Origin: the human T2T-CHM13v2.0 reference genome, Homo sapiens
Reading direction: 5' to 3' (one strand)
NCBI RefSeq assembly: GCF_009914755.1
Contig: NC_060942.1
DNA length: 64,000 nt
This document shows positions 38,599 to 52,400 of this stretch, in pieces. Under the pieces are notes generated by a model that was not told where the DNA came from, did not search any database, and saw only the letters and a program-made list of their open reading frames with translations. The stretch's first letter is position 1; every line of letters starts with the position of its first letter. The position numbers were made by a program, and so were the translations under genes.

Positions 38599-40471
38599 CA
38601 TTCTCAGAAACTTACTCGTGATGTGTGTCCTCAACTAAAGGAGTAGAAACTTTCTTTTCATAGAGAAGTTTTGAAACGCTCTTTTTGTGGAATCTGCAAG
38701 CGGATATTTGACTAATTTTGAGGATTTCGTTGGAAGCGGGAATTCATACAAATTGCAGACTGCAGCGTTCTGAGAAACATCTTTGTGATGTTTGTATTCA
38801 GGACACAGAGTTGAACATTCCCTATCATAGAGCAGGTTTGAATCACTCCTTTTGTAGTATCTGGAAGTGGACATTTGGAGCGATTTCAGGCCTATGTTGG
38901 AAAAGGAAATATCTTCCCATAACAACTAGACAGAAGCATTCTCAGAAACTTGTTTGTGATGTGTGCCCTCTACTGACAGAGTTGAACCTTTCTTTTCATA
39001 GAGCAGTTTTGAAACACTCTTTTTGTAGAATCTGCAAGAGGGTATTTGCATAGCTTTGAGGATTTCGCGGGAAACGGGATTGTCTTCAGGTAAAATCTAG
39101 ACAGAAGCATTCTCAGAAACTTCTTTGGGATGTTTGCATTCAAGTCACAGAGTAGAACATTCCCTTTGGTAGAGCAGGTTTGAAACACTCTTTTTGTAGT
39201 ATCTGGAAGTGGACATTCGGAGCGCTTTCAGGTCTATGTTGGAAAGGGAAATATCTTCCCGTAACAACTAGGCAGAAGCATTCTCAGAAACTTATTTGAG
39301 ATGTGTGTACTGAACTAAGAGAATTGAACCACCGTTTTGAAGGAGCAGGTTTGAAACACTCTTTTTGTAGTATCTGGAAGTGGACATTTGGAGCGCTTTC
39401 AGGCCTATGTTGGAAAGGGAAATATCTTCCCGTAACAACTAGGCAGAAGCATTCTCAGAAACTTATTTGAGATGTGTGTACTCAACTAAGAGAATTGAAC
39501 CACCGTTTTGAAGGAGCAGTTTTGAAACACTCTTTTTCTGGAATCTGCAAGAGGATATTTGCATAGATTTGAGGATTCCGTTGGAAACGGGATTGTCTTC
39601 AGATCAAATCTAGACAGAAGCATTCTCAGAAACTTCTTTGGGATGTTTGCATTCAAGTCACAGAGTAGAACATTCCCTTTGGTAGAGCAGGTTTGAAACA
39701 CTCTTTTTTTAGTATATGGAAGTGGACATTTGGAGCGCTTTCAGGCCTACGTTGGAAAAGGAAATATCTTCCCATTACAACTAGACAGAAGCATTCTCAG
39801 AAACAAGTTTCTGATGTGTGTCCTCAACTAACACAGTTGTACATTTCTTTAGACAGAACAGTTTTGAAACACTCTTTTTGTGGAATCTGGAAGTGGATAT
39901 TTCGATAGCTTTGTGGATTTTGTTGGAAACGGGAATATCTTCATATAAAATCTAGAGAGAAGTATTATCAGAAACTTCCTTGTGATGGTTGCATTCAAGT
40001 CACAGAGTTGAACATTCGCTTTCATAGAGCATGTTTGAAACACTCTTTTTCCATTACCTGGAAGTGGACTTTTGGAGCGCTTTGAGGCCTATGGTGAAAA
40101 AGGAAATATCTTCCCAAAAAAACTAGACAGAAGCATTCTCAGAAACTTATTTGTGATGTGTGTCCTCAACTGACAGAGTTGAACATTTCTTTTGAGAGAG
40201 CAGTTTTGAAACACTCTTTTTGTGGAATCTGCAAGTGGATATTTGGCTGGCTTTGAGGATTTCGTTGGAAACGGGAATACATATAAAAAGCAGACAGCAG
40301 CGTTCTGAGAAACTTCTTGGTGATGTTTGCATTCAAGTCACAGAATTGAACATTCCCTTTTATAGAACAGGTTTGAAACACTCCTTTTCTCATATCTGGA
40401 AGTGTCCATTCGGAGCGCATTCAGGCTTGTGTTGAAAAAGGATATATCTTCCCATAACAACTACACAGAAG
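38599..40471 (+). repeat. Rearranged transition segment (Q R x S P/V-hybrid W), 11 monomers
   Basis: Q is joined directly to R at 38937, the first hybrid monomer x lies at 39279-39449, and a P/V chimeric B monomer starts at 39792. Confidence 0.8.
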
Positions 40472-43400
40472 CATTCTCAGAAACTAGTTTCTGATGTGTG
40501 TCCTCAACTAACACAGTTGAACATTTCTTTAGACAGAACAGTTTTGAAACACTCTTTTTGTGGAATCTGCAAGTGGATATTTGGCTAGATTTGAGCATTT
40601 CGTTGGAAACGGGATTACATATAAAAAGCAGACAGCGGCATTCTCAGAAAGTTCTTTGTGATGATTGCATTCAAGTCACAGAATTGAACATTCCCTTTCA
40701 CAGAGCAGGTTTGAAACACTCTTTTTGTAGTGTGTGTAAGCGGACATTTGCAGCGCTTTCCGGCCTAAGGTGAAAAAGGAAATATCTTCCCATAAAAACT
40801 AGACAGAAGCATTCTCAGAAACTTACTCGTGATGTGTGTACTCAACTAAAGGAGTAGAAACTTTCTTTTCATAGAGAAGTTTTGAAACGCTCTTTTTGTG
40901 GAATCTGCAGGTGGACATTTGGCTAGTTTTGAGGATTACGTTGGAAGCGGGAATTCATACAAATTGCAGACTGCAGCGTTCTGAGAAACATCTTTGTGAT
41001 GTTTGTATTCAGGACACAGAGTTGAACATTCCCTATCATAGAGCAGGTTTGAATCACTCCTTTTGTAGTATCTGGAAATGGACATTTGGAGCGCTTTCAG
41101 GCCTATGTTGGAAAAGGAAATATCTTCCTATAACAAATAGACAGAAGCATTCTCAGAAACTAGTTTCTGATGTGTGTACTCAACTAAGAATTGAACCACC
41201 GTTTTGAAGGAGCAGTTTTGAAACACTCTTTTTCTGGAATCTGCAAGTGGATATTTGGCTAGCTTTGGGGATTTCGCTGGAAGCGGGAATACATATAAAA
41301 AGCACACAGCAGCGTTCTGAGAAACTTCTTTCTGATGTTCGCATTCAAGTCAAAATTTGAACACACCCTTTCGTAGAGCAGTCTTGAAACTCCCCTTTTG
41401 TGGTATCTGGAAGTGGACATTTGGAGTGCTTTCAGGGCTAAGGTGAAAAAGGAAATATCTTCCCATAAAAACTGGACAGAAGCATTCTCAGAAACTTGTT
41501 TATGCTGTATCTACTCAGCTAACAAAGTTGAACCTTTCTTTTGATAGAGCAGTTTTGAAATGCTCTTTTTGTGGAGTCTGCAAGTGGATATTTGGCTAGT
41601 TTTGAGGATTTCGTTGGAAGCGGGAATTCATACAAATTGCAGACTGCAGCGTTCTGAGAAACATCTTTGTGATGTTTGTATTCAGGACACAGAGTTGAAC
41701 ATTCCCTATCATAGAGCAGGTTGGAATCACTCCTTTTGTAGTATCTGGAAGTGGCCATTTCGAGCGCTTTCAGGCCTATGTTGAAAAAGGAAATATCTTC
41801 CCATAACAAGTAGACACAAGCATTCTCAGAAACTTGTTGTGATGTGTGCCCTCTACTGACAGAGTTGAACCTTTCTTTTCATAGAGCAGTTTCGAAACAC
41901 TCTTTTTGTAGAATCTGCAAGAGGATATTTGCATAGCTTTGAGGATTTCGTGGGAAACGGGATTGTCTTCAGGTAAAATCTAGACAGAAGCATTCTCAGA
42001 AAATTCTTCGGGATGTTTGCATTCAAGTCACAGAGTAGAACATTCCCTTTGGTAGAGCAGGTTTGAAACACTCTTTTTGTAGTATCTGGAAGTGGACATT
42101 TGGAGCGCTTTCAGGCCTATGTTGGAAAGGGAAATATCTTCCCGTAACAACTAGGCAGAAGCATTCTCAGAAACTTATTTGAGATGTGTGTACTGAACTA
42201 AGAGAATTGAACCACCGTTTTGAAGGAGCAGGTTTGAAACACTCTTTTTGTAGTATCTGGAAGTGGACATTTGGAGCGCTTTCAGGCCTATGTTGGAAAG
42301 GGAAATATCTTCCCGTAACAACTAGGCAGAAGCATTCTCAGAAACTTATTTGAGATGTGTGTACTCAACTAAGAGAATTGAACCACCGTTTTGAAGGAGC
42401 AGTTTTGAAACACTCTTTTTCTGGAATCTGCAAGAGGATATTTGCATAGATTTGAGGATTTCGTTGGAAACGGGATTGTCTTCAGATCCAATCTAGACAG
42501 AAGCATTCTCAGAAACTTCTTTGGGATGTTTGCATTCAAGTCACAGAGTAGAACATTCCCTTTGGTAGAGCAGGTTTGAAACACTCTTTTTTTAGTATAT
42601 GGAAGTGGACATTTGGAGCGCTTTCAGGCCTACGTTGGAAAAGGAAATATCTTCCCATAGCAACTAGACAGAAGCATTCTCAGAAACTAGTTTCTGATGT
42701 GTGTCCTCAACTAACACAGTTGAACATTTCTTTAGACAGAACAGTTTTGAAACACTCTCTTTGTGGAATCTGCAAGTGGATATTTGGCTAGATTTGAGGA
42801 TTTCGTTGGAAACGGGATTACATATAAAAAGCAGACAGCAGCATTCTCAGAAACTTCTTTGTGATGATTGCATTCAAGTCACAGAATTGAACATTCCCTT
42901 TCACAGAGCAGGTTTGAAACACTCTTTTTGTAGTGTGTGTAAGTGGACATTTGGAGCGCTTTCCGGCCTAAGGTGAACAAGGAAATATCTTCCCATAAAA
43001 ACTAGACAGAAACATTCTCAGAAACTTACTCGTGATGTGTGTCCTCAACTAAAGGAGTAGAACCTTTCTTTTCATAGAGAAGTTTTGAAACGCTCTTTTT
43101 GTGGAATCTGCAAGTGGATATTTGGCTAGTTTTGAGGATTTCGTTGGAAGCGGGAATTCATACAAATTGCAGACTGCAGCGTTCTGAGAAACAGCTTTGT
43201 GATGTTTGTATTCAGGACACAGAGTTGAACGTTCCCTCTCATATAGCAGGTTTGAATACCTCCTTTTGTAGTATCTGGAAGTGGACATTTGGAGCGCTTT
43301 CAGGCCTATGTTGGAAAAGGAAATATCTTCCCATAAAAACTAGACAGAAGCATTCTCAGAAACTTACTCGTGATGTGTGTCCTCAACTAAAGGGGTAGAA

Positions 43401-46400
43401 CCTTTCTTTTGATAGAGCAGTTTTGAAACACTCTTTTTGTAGAATCTGCAAGTGGATATTTCGATAGCTTTGTGGATTTCGTTGGAAACGGGAATATCTT
43501 CATATAAAATCTAGAGAGAAGTATTATCAGAAACTTCCTTGTGATGGTTGCATTCAAGTCACAGAGTTGAACATTCGCTTTCATAGAGCATGTTTGAAAC
43601 ACTCTTTTTCCATTACCTGGAAGTGGACATTTGGAGCGCTTTGAGGCCTATGGTGAAAAAGGAAATATCTTCCCAAAAAAACTAGACAGAAGCATTCTCA
43701 GAAACTTATTTGTGATGTGTGTCCTCAACTGACAGAGTTGAACATTTCTTTTGAGAGAGCAGTTTTGAAACACTCTTTTTGTGGAATCTGCAAGTGGATA
43801 TTTGGCTGGCTTTGAGGATTTCGTTGGAAATGGGAATACATATAAAAAGCAGACAGCACCGTTCTGAGAAACTTCTTGGTGATGTTTGCATTCAAGTCAC
43901 AGAATTGAACATTCCTTTTGATAGAACAGGTTTGAAACACTCCTTTTCTCATATCTAGAAGTGTCCATTTGGAGCGCATTCAGGCTTGTGTTGAAAAAGG
44001 AAATATCTTCCCATAACAACTAGACAGAAGCATTCTCAGAAACTAGTTTCTGATGTGTGTCCTCAACTAACACAGTTGTACATTTCTTTAGACAGAACAG
44101 TTTTGAAACACTCTTTTTGTGGAATCTGCAAGTGGATATTTGGCTAGATTTGAGCATTTCGTTGGAAACGGGATTACATACAAAAAGCAGACAGCGGCAT
44201 TCTCAGAAAGTTCTTTGTGATGATTGCATTCAAGTCACAGAATTGAACATTCCCTTTCACAGAGCAGGTTTGAAACACTCTTTTTGTAGTGTGTGTAAGT
44301 GGACATTTGGAGCGCTTTCCGGCCTAAGGTGAAAAAGGAAATATCTTCCCATAAAAACTAGACAGAAGCATTCTCAGAAACTTACTCGTGATGTGTGTAC
44401 TCAAGTAAAGGAGTAGAAACTTTCTTTTCATAGAGAAGTTTTGAAACGCTCTTTTTGTGGAATCTGCAAGTGGATATTTGGCTAGTTTTGAGGATTTCGT
44501 TGGAAGCGGGAATTCATACAAATTGCAGACTGCAGCGTTCTGAGAAACATCTTTGTGATGTTTGTATTCAGGACACAGAGTTGAACATTCCCTATCATAG
44601 AGCAGGTTGGAATCACTCCTTTTGTAGTATCTGGAAGTGGACATTTGGAGCGCTTTCAGGCCTATGTTGGAAAAGGAAATATCTTCCCATAACAAATAGA
44701 AGCATTCTCAGAAACTTATTTGAGATGTGTGTACTCAACTAAGAATTGAACCACCGTTTTGAAGGAGCAGTTTTGAAACACTCTTTTTCTGGAATCTGCA
44801 AGTGGATATTTGGCTAGCTTTGGGGATTTCGCTGGAAGCGGGAATACATATAAAAAGCACACAGCAGCGTTCTGAGAAACTTCTTTCTGATGTTCGCATT
44901 CAAGTCAAAATTTGAACACTCCCTTTCGTAGAGCAGTCTTGAAACTCCCCTTTTGTGGTATCTGGAAGTGAACATTTGGAGTGCTTTCAGGGCTAAGGTG
45001 AAAAAGGAAATATCTTCCCATAAAAACTGGACAGAAGCATTCTCAGAAACTTGTTTATGCTGTATCTACTCAGCTAACAAAGTTGAACCTTTCTTTTGAT
45101 AGAGCAGTTTTGAAATGCTCTTTTTGTGGAGTCTGCAAGTGGATATTTGGCTAGTTTTGAGGATTTCGTTGGAAGCGGGAATTCATACAAATTGCAGACT
45201 GCAGCGTTCTGAGAAACATCTTTGTGATGTTTGTATTCAGGACACAGAGTTGAACATTCCCTATCATAGAGCAGGTTGGAATCACTCCTTTTGTAGTATC
45301 TGGAAGTGGCCATTTCGAGCGCTTTCAGGCCTATGTTGAAAAAGGAAATATCTTCCCATAACAAGTAGACACAAGCATTCTCAGAAACTTGTTGTGATGT
45401 GTGCCCTCTACTGACAGAGTTGAACCTTTCTTTTCATAGAGTATTTTCGAAACACTCTTTTTGTAGAATCTGCAAGAGGATATTTGCATAGCTTTGAGGA
45501 TTTCGTGGGAAACGGGATTGTCTTCAGGTAAAATCTAGACAGAAGCATTCTCAGAAAATTCTTCGGGATGTTTGCATTCAAGTCACAGAGTAGAACATTC
45601 CCTTTGGTAGAGCAGGTTTGAAACACTCTTTTTGTAGTATCTGGAAGTGGACATTTGGAGCGCTTTCAGGCCTATGTTGGAAAGGGAAATATCTTCCCGT
45701 AACAACTAGGCAGAAGCATTCTCAGAAACTTATTTGAGATGTGTGTACTGAACTAAGAGAATTGAACCACCGTTTTGAAGGAGCAGGTTTGAAACACTCT
45801 TTTTGTAGTATCTGGAAGTGGACATTTGGAGCGCTTTCAGGCCTATGTTGGAAAGGGAAATATCTTCCCGTAACAACTAGGCAGAAGCATTCTCAGAAAC
45901 TTATTTGAGATGTGTGTACTCAACTAAGAGAATTGAACCACCGTTTTGAAGGAGCAGTTTTGAAACACTCTTTTTCTGGAATCTGCAAGAGGATATTTGC
46001 ATAGATTTGAGGATTTCGTTGGAAACGGGATTGTCTTCAGATCCAATCTAGACAGAAGCATTCTCAGAAACTTCTTTGGGATGTTTGCATTCAAGTCACA
46101 GAGTAGAACATTCCCTTTGGTAGAGCAGGTTTGAAACACTCTTTTTTTAGTATATGGAAGTGGACATTTGGAGCGCTTTCAGGCCTACGTTGGAAAAGGA
46201 AATACCTTCCCATAACAACTAGACAGAAGCATTCTCAGAAACTAGTTTCTGATGTGTGTCCTCAACTAACACAGTTGAACATTTCTTTAGACAGAACAGT
46301 TTTGAAACACTCTCTTTGTGGAATCTGCAAGTGGATATTTGGCTAGATTTGAGGATTTCGTTGGAAACGGGATTACATATAAAAAGCAGACAGCAGCATT

Positions 46401-49400
46401 CTCAGAAACTTCTTTGTGATGATTGCATTCAAGTCACAGAATTGAACATTCCCTTTCACAGAGCAGGTTTGAAACACTCTTTTTGTAGTGTGTGTAAGTG
46501 GACATTTGGAGCGCTTTCCGGCCTAAGGTGAACAAGGAAATATCTTCCCATAAAAACTAGACAGAAGCATTCTCAGAAACTTACTCGTGATGTGTGTCCT
46601 CAACTAAAGGAGTAGAACCTTTCTTTTCATAGAGAAGTTTTGAAACGCTCTTTTTGTGGAATCTGCAAGTGGATATTTGGCTAGTTTTGAGGATTTCGTT
46701 GGAAGCGGGAATTCATACAAATTGCAGACTGCAGCGTTCTGAGAAACATCTTTGTGATGTTTGTATTCAGGACACAGAGTTGAACATTCCCTCTCATATA
46801 GCAGGTTTGAATAACTCCTTTTGTAGTATCTGGAAGTGGACATTTGGAGCGCTTTCCGGCCTCAGGTGAAAAAGGAAATATCTTCCCATAAAAACTAGAC
46901 AGAAGCATTCTCAGAAACTTACTCGTGATGTGTGTCCTCAACTAAAGGGGTAGAACCTTTCTTTTGATAGAGCAGTTTTGAAACACTCTTTTTGTAGAAT
47001 CTGCAAGTGGATATTTCGATAGCTTTGTGGATTTCGTTGGAAACGGGAATATCTTCATATAAAATCTAGAGAGAAGTATTATCAGAAACTTCCTTGTGAT
47101 GGTTGCATTCAAGTCACAGAGTTGAACATTCGCTTTCATAGAGCATGTTTGAAACACTCTTTTTCCATTACCTGGAAGTGGACATTTGGAGCGCTTTGAG
47201 GCCTATGGTGAAAAAGGAAATATCTTCCCAAAAAAACTAGACAGAAGCATTCTCAGAAACTTATTTGTGATGTGTGTCCTCAACTGACAGAGTTGAACAT
47301 TTCTTTTGAGAGAGGAGTTTTGAAACACTCTTTTTGTGGAATCTGCAAGTGGATATTTGGCTGGCTTTGAGGATTTCGTTGGAAATGGGAATACATATAA
47401 AAAGCAGACAGCAGCGTTCTGAGAAACTTCTTGGTGATGTTTGCATTCAAATCACAGAATTGAACATTCCTTTTGATAGAACAGGTTTGAAACACTCCTT
47501 TTCTCATATCTGGAAGTGTCCATTTGGAGCGCATTCAGGCTTGTGTTGAAAAAGGAAATATCTTCCCATAACAACTAGACAGAAGCATTCTCAGAAACTA
47601 GTTTCTGATGTGTGTCCTCAACTAACACAGTTGAACATTTCTTTAGACAGAACAGTTTTGAAACACTCTTTTTGTGGAATCTGCAAGTGGATATTTGGCT
47701 AGATTTGAGCATTTCGTTGGAAACGGGATTACATACAAAAAGCAGACAGCGGCATTCTCAGAAAGTTCTTTGTGATGATTGCATTCAAGTCACAGAATTG
47801 AACATTCCCTTTCACAGAGCAGGTTTGAAACACTCTTTTTGTAGTGTGTGTAAGTGGACATTTGGAGCGCTTTCCGGCCTAAGGTGAAAAAGGAAATATC
47901 TTCCCATAAAAACTAGACAGAAGCATTCTCAGAAACTTACTCGTGATGTGTGTACTCAAGTAAAGGAGTAGAAACTTTCTTTTCATAGAGAAGTTTTGAA
48001 ACGCTCTTTTTGTGGAATCTGCAAGTGGATATTTGGCTAGTTTTGAGGATTTCGTTGGAAGCGGGAATTCATACAAATTGCAGACTGCAGCGTTCTGAGA
48101 AACATCTTTGTGATGTTTGTATTCAGGACACAGAGTTGAACATTCCCTATCATAGAGCAGGTTTGAATCACTCCTTTTGTAGTATCTGGAAGTGGACATT
48201 TGGAGCGCTTTCAGGCCTATGTTGGAAAAGGAAATATCTTCCCATAACAAATAGACAGAAGCATTCTCAGAAACTTATTTGAGATGTGTGTACTCAACTA
48301 AGAGAATTGAACCACCGTTTTGAAGGAGCAGTTTTGAAACACTCTTTTTCTGGAATCTGCAAGTGGATATCTGGCTAGCTTTGGGGATTTCGCTGGAAGC
48401 GGGAATACATATAAAAAGCACACAGCAGCGTTCTGAGAAACTTCTTTCTGATGTTCGCATTCAAGTCAAAAGTTGAACACTCCCTTTCATAGAGCCGTCT
48501 TGAAACTCCCCTTTTGTGGTATCTGGAAGTGGACATTTGGAGTGCTTTCAGGGCTAAGGTGAAAAAGGAAATATCTTCCCATAAAAACTGGACAGAAGCA
48601 TTCTCAGAAACTTGTTTATGCTGTATCTACTCAGCTAACAAAGTTGAACCTTTCTTTTGATAGAGCAGTTTTGAAATGCTCTTTTTGTGGAGTCTGCAAG
48701 TGGATATTTGGTTAGTTTTGAGGATTTCTTTGGAAGCGGGAATTCATACAAATTGCAGACTGCAGCGTTCTGAGAAACATCTTTGTGATGTTTGTATTCA
48801 GGACACAGAGTTGAACATTCCCTATCATAGAGCAGGTTGGAATCACTCCTTTTGTAGTATCTGGAAGTGGACATTTGGAGCGCTTTCAGGCCTATGTTGA
48901 AAAAGGAAATATCTTCCCATAACAAGTAGACACAAGCATTCTCAGAAACTTGTTTGTGATGTGTGCCCTCTACTGACAGAGTTGAACCTTTCTTTTCATA
49001 GAGCAGTTTCGAAACACTCTTTTTGTAGAATCTGCAAGAGGATATTTGCATAGCTTTGAGGATTTCGTGGGAAACGGGATTGTCTTCAGGTAAAATCTAG
49101 ACAGAAGCATTCTCAGAAAATTCTTCGGGATGTTTGCATTCAAGTCACAGAGTAGAACATTCCCTTTGGTAGAGCAGGTTTGAAACACTCTTTTTGTAGT
49201 ATCTGGAAGTGGACATTTGGAGCGCTTTCAGGCCTATGTTGGAAAGGGAAATATCTTCCCGTAACAACTAGGCAGAAGCATTCTCAGAAACTTATTTGAG
49301 ATGTGTGTACTGAACTAAGAGAATTGAACCACCGTTTTGAAGGAGCAGGTTTGAAACACTCTTTTTGTAGTATCTGGAAGTGGACATTTGGAGCGCTTTC

Positions 49401-52400
49401 AGGCCTATGTTGGAAAGGGAAATATCTTCCCGTAACAACTAGGCAGAAGCATTCTCAGAAACTTATTTGAGATGTGTGTACTCAACTAAGAGAATTGAAC
49501 CACCGTTTTGAAGGAGCAGTTTTGAAACACTCTTTTTCTGGAATCTGCAAGAGGATATTTGCATAGATTTGAGGATTTCGTTGGAAACGGGATTGTCTTC
49601 AGATCCAATCTAGACAGAAGCATTCTCAGAAACTTCTTTGGGATGTTTGCATTCAAGTCACAGAGTAGAACATTCCCTTTGGTAGAGCAGGTTTGAAACA
49701 CTCTTTTTTTAGTATATGGAAGTGGACATTTGGAGCGCTTTCAGGCCTACGTTGGAAAAGGAAATATCTTCCCATAACAACTAGACAGAAGCATTCTCAG
49801 AAACTAGTTTCTGATGTGTGTCCTCAACTAACACAGTTGAACATTTCTTTAGACAGAACAGTTTTGAAACACTCTCTTTGTGGAATCTGCAAGTGGATAT
49901 TTGGCTAGATTTGAGGATTTCGTTGGAAACGGGATTACATATAAAAAGCAGACAGCAGCATTCTCAGAAACTTCTTTGTGATGATTGCATTCAAGTCACA
50001 GAATTGAACATTCCCTTTCACAGAGCAGGTTTGAAACACTCTTTTTGTAGTGTGTGTAAGTGGACATTTGGAGCGCTTTCCAGCCTAAGGTGAACAAGGA
50101 AATATCTTCCCATAAAAACTAGACAGAAGTATTCTCAGAAACTTACTCGTGATGTGTGTCCTCAACTAAAGGAGTAGAACCTTTCTTTTCATAGAGAAGT
50201 TTTGAAACGCTCTTTTTGTGGAATCTGCAAGTGGATATTTGGCTAGTTTTGAGGATTTCGTTGGAAGCGGGAATTCATACAAATTGCAGACTGCAGCGTT
50301 CTGAGAAACATCTTTGTGATGTTTGTATTCAGGACACAGAGTTGAACGTTCCCTATCATAGAGCAGGTTTGAATCACTCCTTTTGTAGTATCTGGAAGTG
50401 GACATTTGGAGCGCTTTCCGGCCTCAGGTGAAAAAGGAAATATCTTCCCATAAAAACTAGACAGAAGCATTCTCAGAAACTTACTCGTGATGTGTGTCCT
50501 CAACTAAAGGGGTAGAACCTTTCTTTTGATAGAGCAGTTTTGAAACACTCTTTTTGTAGAATCTGCAAGTGGATATTTCGATAGCTTTGTGGATTTCGTT
50601 GGAAACGGGAATATCTTCATATAAAATCTAGAGAGAAGTATTATCAGAAACTTCCTTGTGATGGTTGCATTCAAGTCACAGAGTTGAACATTCGCTTTCA
50701 TAGAGCATGTTTGAAACACTCTTTTTCCATTACCTGGAAGTGGACTTTTGGAGCGCTTTGAGGTCTATGGTGAAAAAGGAAATATCTTCCCAAAAAAACT
50801 AGACAGAAGCATTCTCAGAAACTTATTTGTGATGTGTGTCCTCAACTGACAGAGTTGAACATTTCTTTTGAGAGAGGAGTTTTGAAACACTCTTTTTGTG
50901 GAATCTGCAAGTGGATATTTGGCTGGCTTTGAGGATTTCGTTGGAAATGGGAATACATATAAAAAGCAGACAGCAGCGTTCTGAGAAACTTCTTGGTGAT
51001 GTTTGCATTCAAGTCACAGAATTGAACATTCCCTTTGATAGAACAGGTTTGAAACACTCCTTTTCTCATATCTGGAAGTGTCCATTCGGAGCGCATTCAG
51101 GCTTGTGTTGAAAAAGGATATATCTTCCCATAACAACTAGACAGAAGCATTCTCAGAAACTAGTTTCTGATGTGTGTCCTCAACTAACACAGTTGAACAT
51201 TTCTTTAGACAGAACAGTTTTGAAACACTCTTTTTGTGGAATTTGCAAGTGGATATTTGGCTAGATTTGAGCATTTCGTTGGAAACGGGATTACATATAA
51301 AAAGCAGACAGCGGCATTCTCAGAAAGTTCTTTGTGATGATTGCATTCAAGTCACAGAATTGAACATTCCCTTTCACAGAGCAGGTTTGAAACACTCTTT
51401 TTGTAGTGTGTGTAAGTGGACATTTGGAGCGCTTTCCGGCCTAAGGTGAAAAAGGAAATATCTTCCCATAAAAACTAGACAGAAGCATTCTCAGAAACTT
51501 ACTCGTGATGTGTGTACTCAAGTAAAGGAGTAGAAACTTTCTTTTCATAGAGAAGTTTTGAAACGCTCTTTTTGTGGAATCTGCAAGTGGATATTTGGCT
51601 AGTTTTGAGGATTTCGTTGGAAGCGGGAATTCATACAAATTGCAGACTGCAGCGTTCTGAGAAACATCTTTGTGATGTTTGTATTCAGGACACAGAGTTG
51701 AACATTCCCTATCATAGAGCAGGTTGGAATCACTCCTTTTGTAGTATCTGGAAGTGGACATTTGGAGCGCTTTCAGGCCTATGTTGGAAAAGGAAATATC
51801 TTCCCATAACAAATAGACAGAAGCATTCTCAGAAACTTATTTGAGATGTGTGTACTCAACTAAGAGAATTGAACCACCGTTTTGAAGGAGCAGTTTTGAA
51901 ACACTCTTTTTCTGGAATCTGCAAGTGGATATCTGGCTAGCTTTGGGGATTTCGCTGGAAGCGGGAATACATATAAAAAGCACACAGCAGCGTTCTGAGA
52001 AACTTCTTTCTGATGTTCGCATTCAAGTCAAAAGTTGAACACTCCCTTTCATAGAGCAGTCTTGAAACTCCCCTTTTGTGGTATCTGGAAGTGGACATTT
52101 GGAGTGCTTTCAGGGCTAAGGTGAAAAAGGAAATATCTTCCCATAAAAACTGGACAGAAGCATTCTCAGAAACTTGTTTATGCTGTATCTACTCAGCTAA
52201 CAAAGTTGAACCTTTCTTTTGATAGAGCAGTTTTGAAATGCTCTTTTTGTGGAGTCTGCAAGTGGATATTTGGTTAGTTTTGAGGATTTCTTTGGAAGCG
52301 GGAATTCATACAAATTGCAGACTGCAGCGTTCTGAGAAACATCTTTGTGATGTTTGTATTCAGGACACAGAGTTGAACATTCCCTATCATAGAGCAGGTT

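Noticed and set aside
44690-44750. 4-bp deletion (aaatagaagc) and other 1-bp indels (e.g. ~645, ~9147, ~41837, ~45392)
   Set aside because: Ordinary slippage-type indels, or possible homopolymer errors. They explain the 3555/3559 periods but are not notable on their own.
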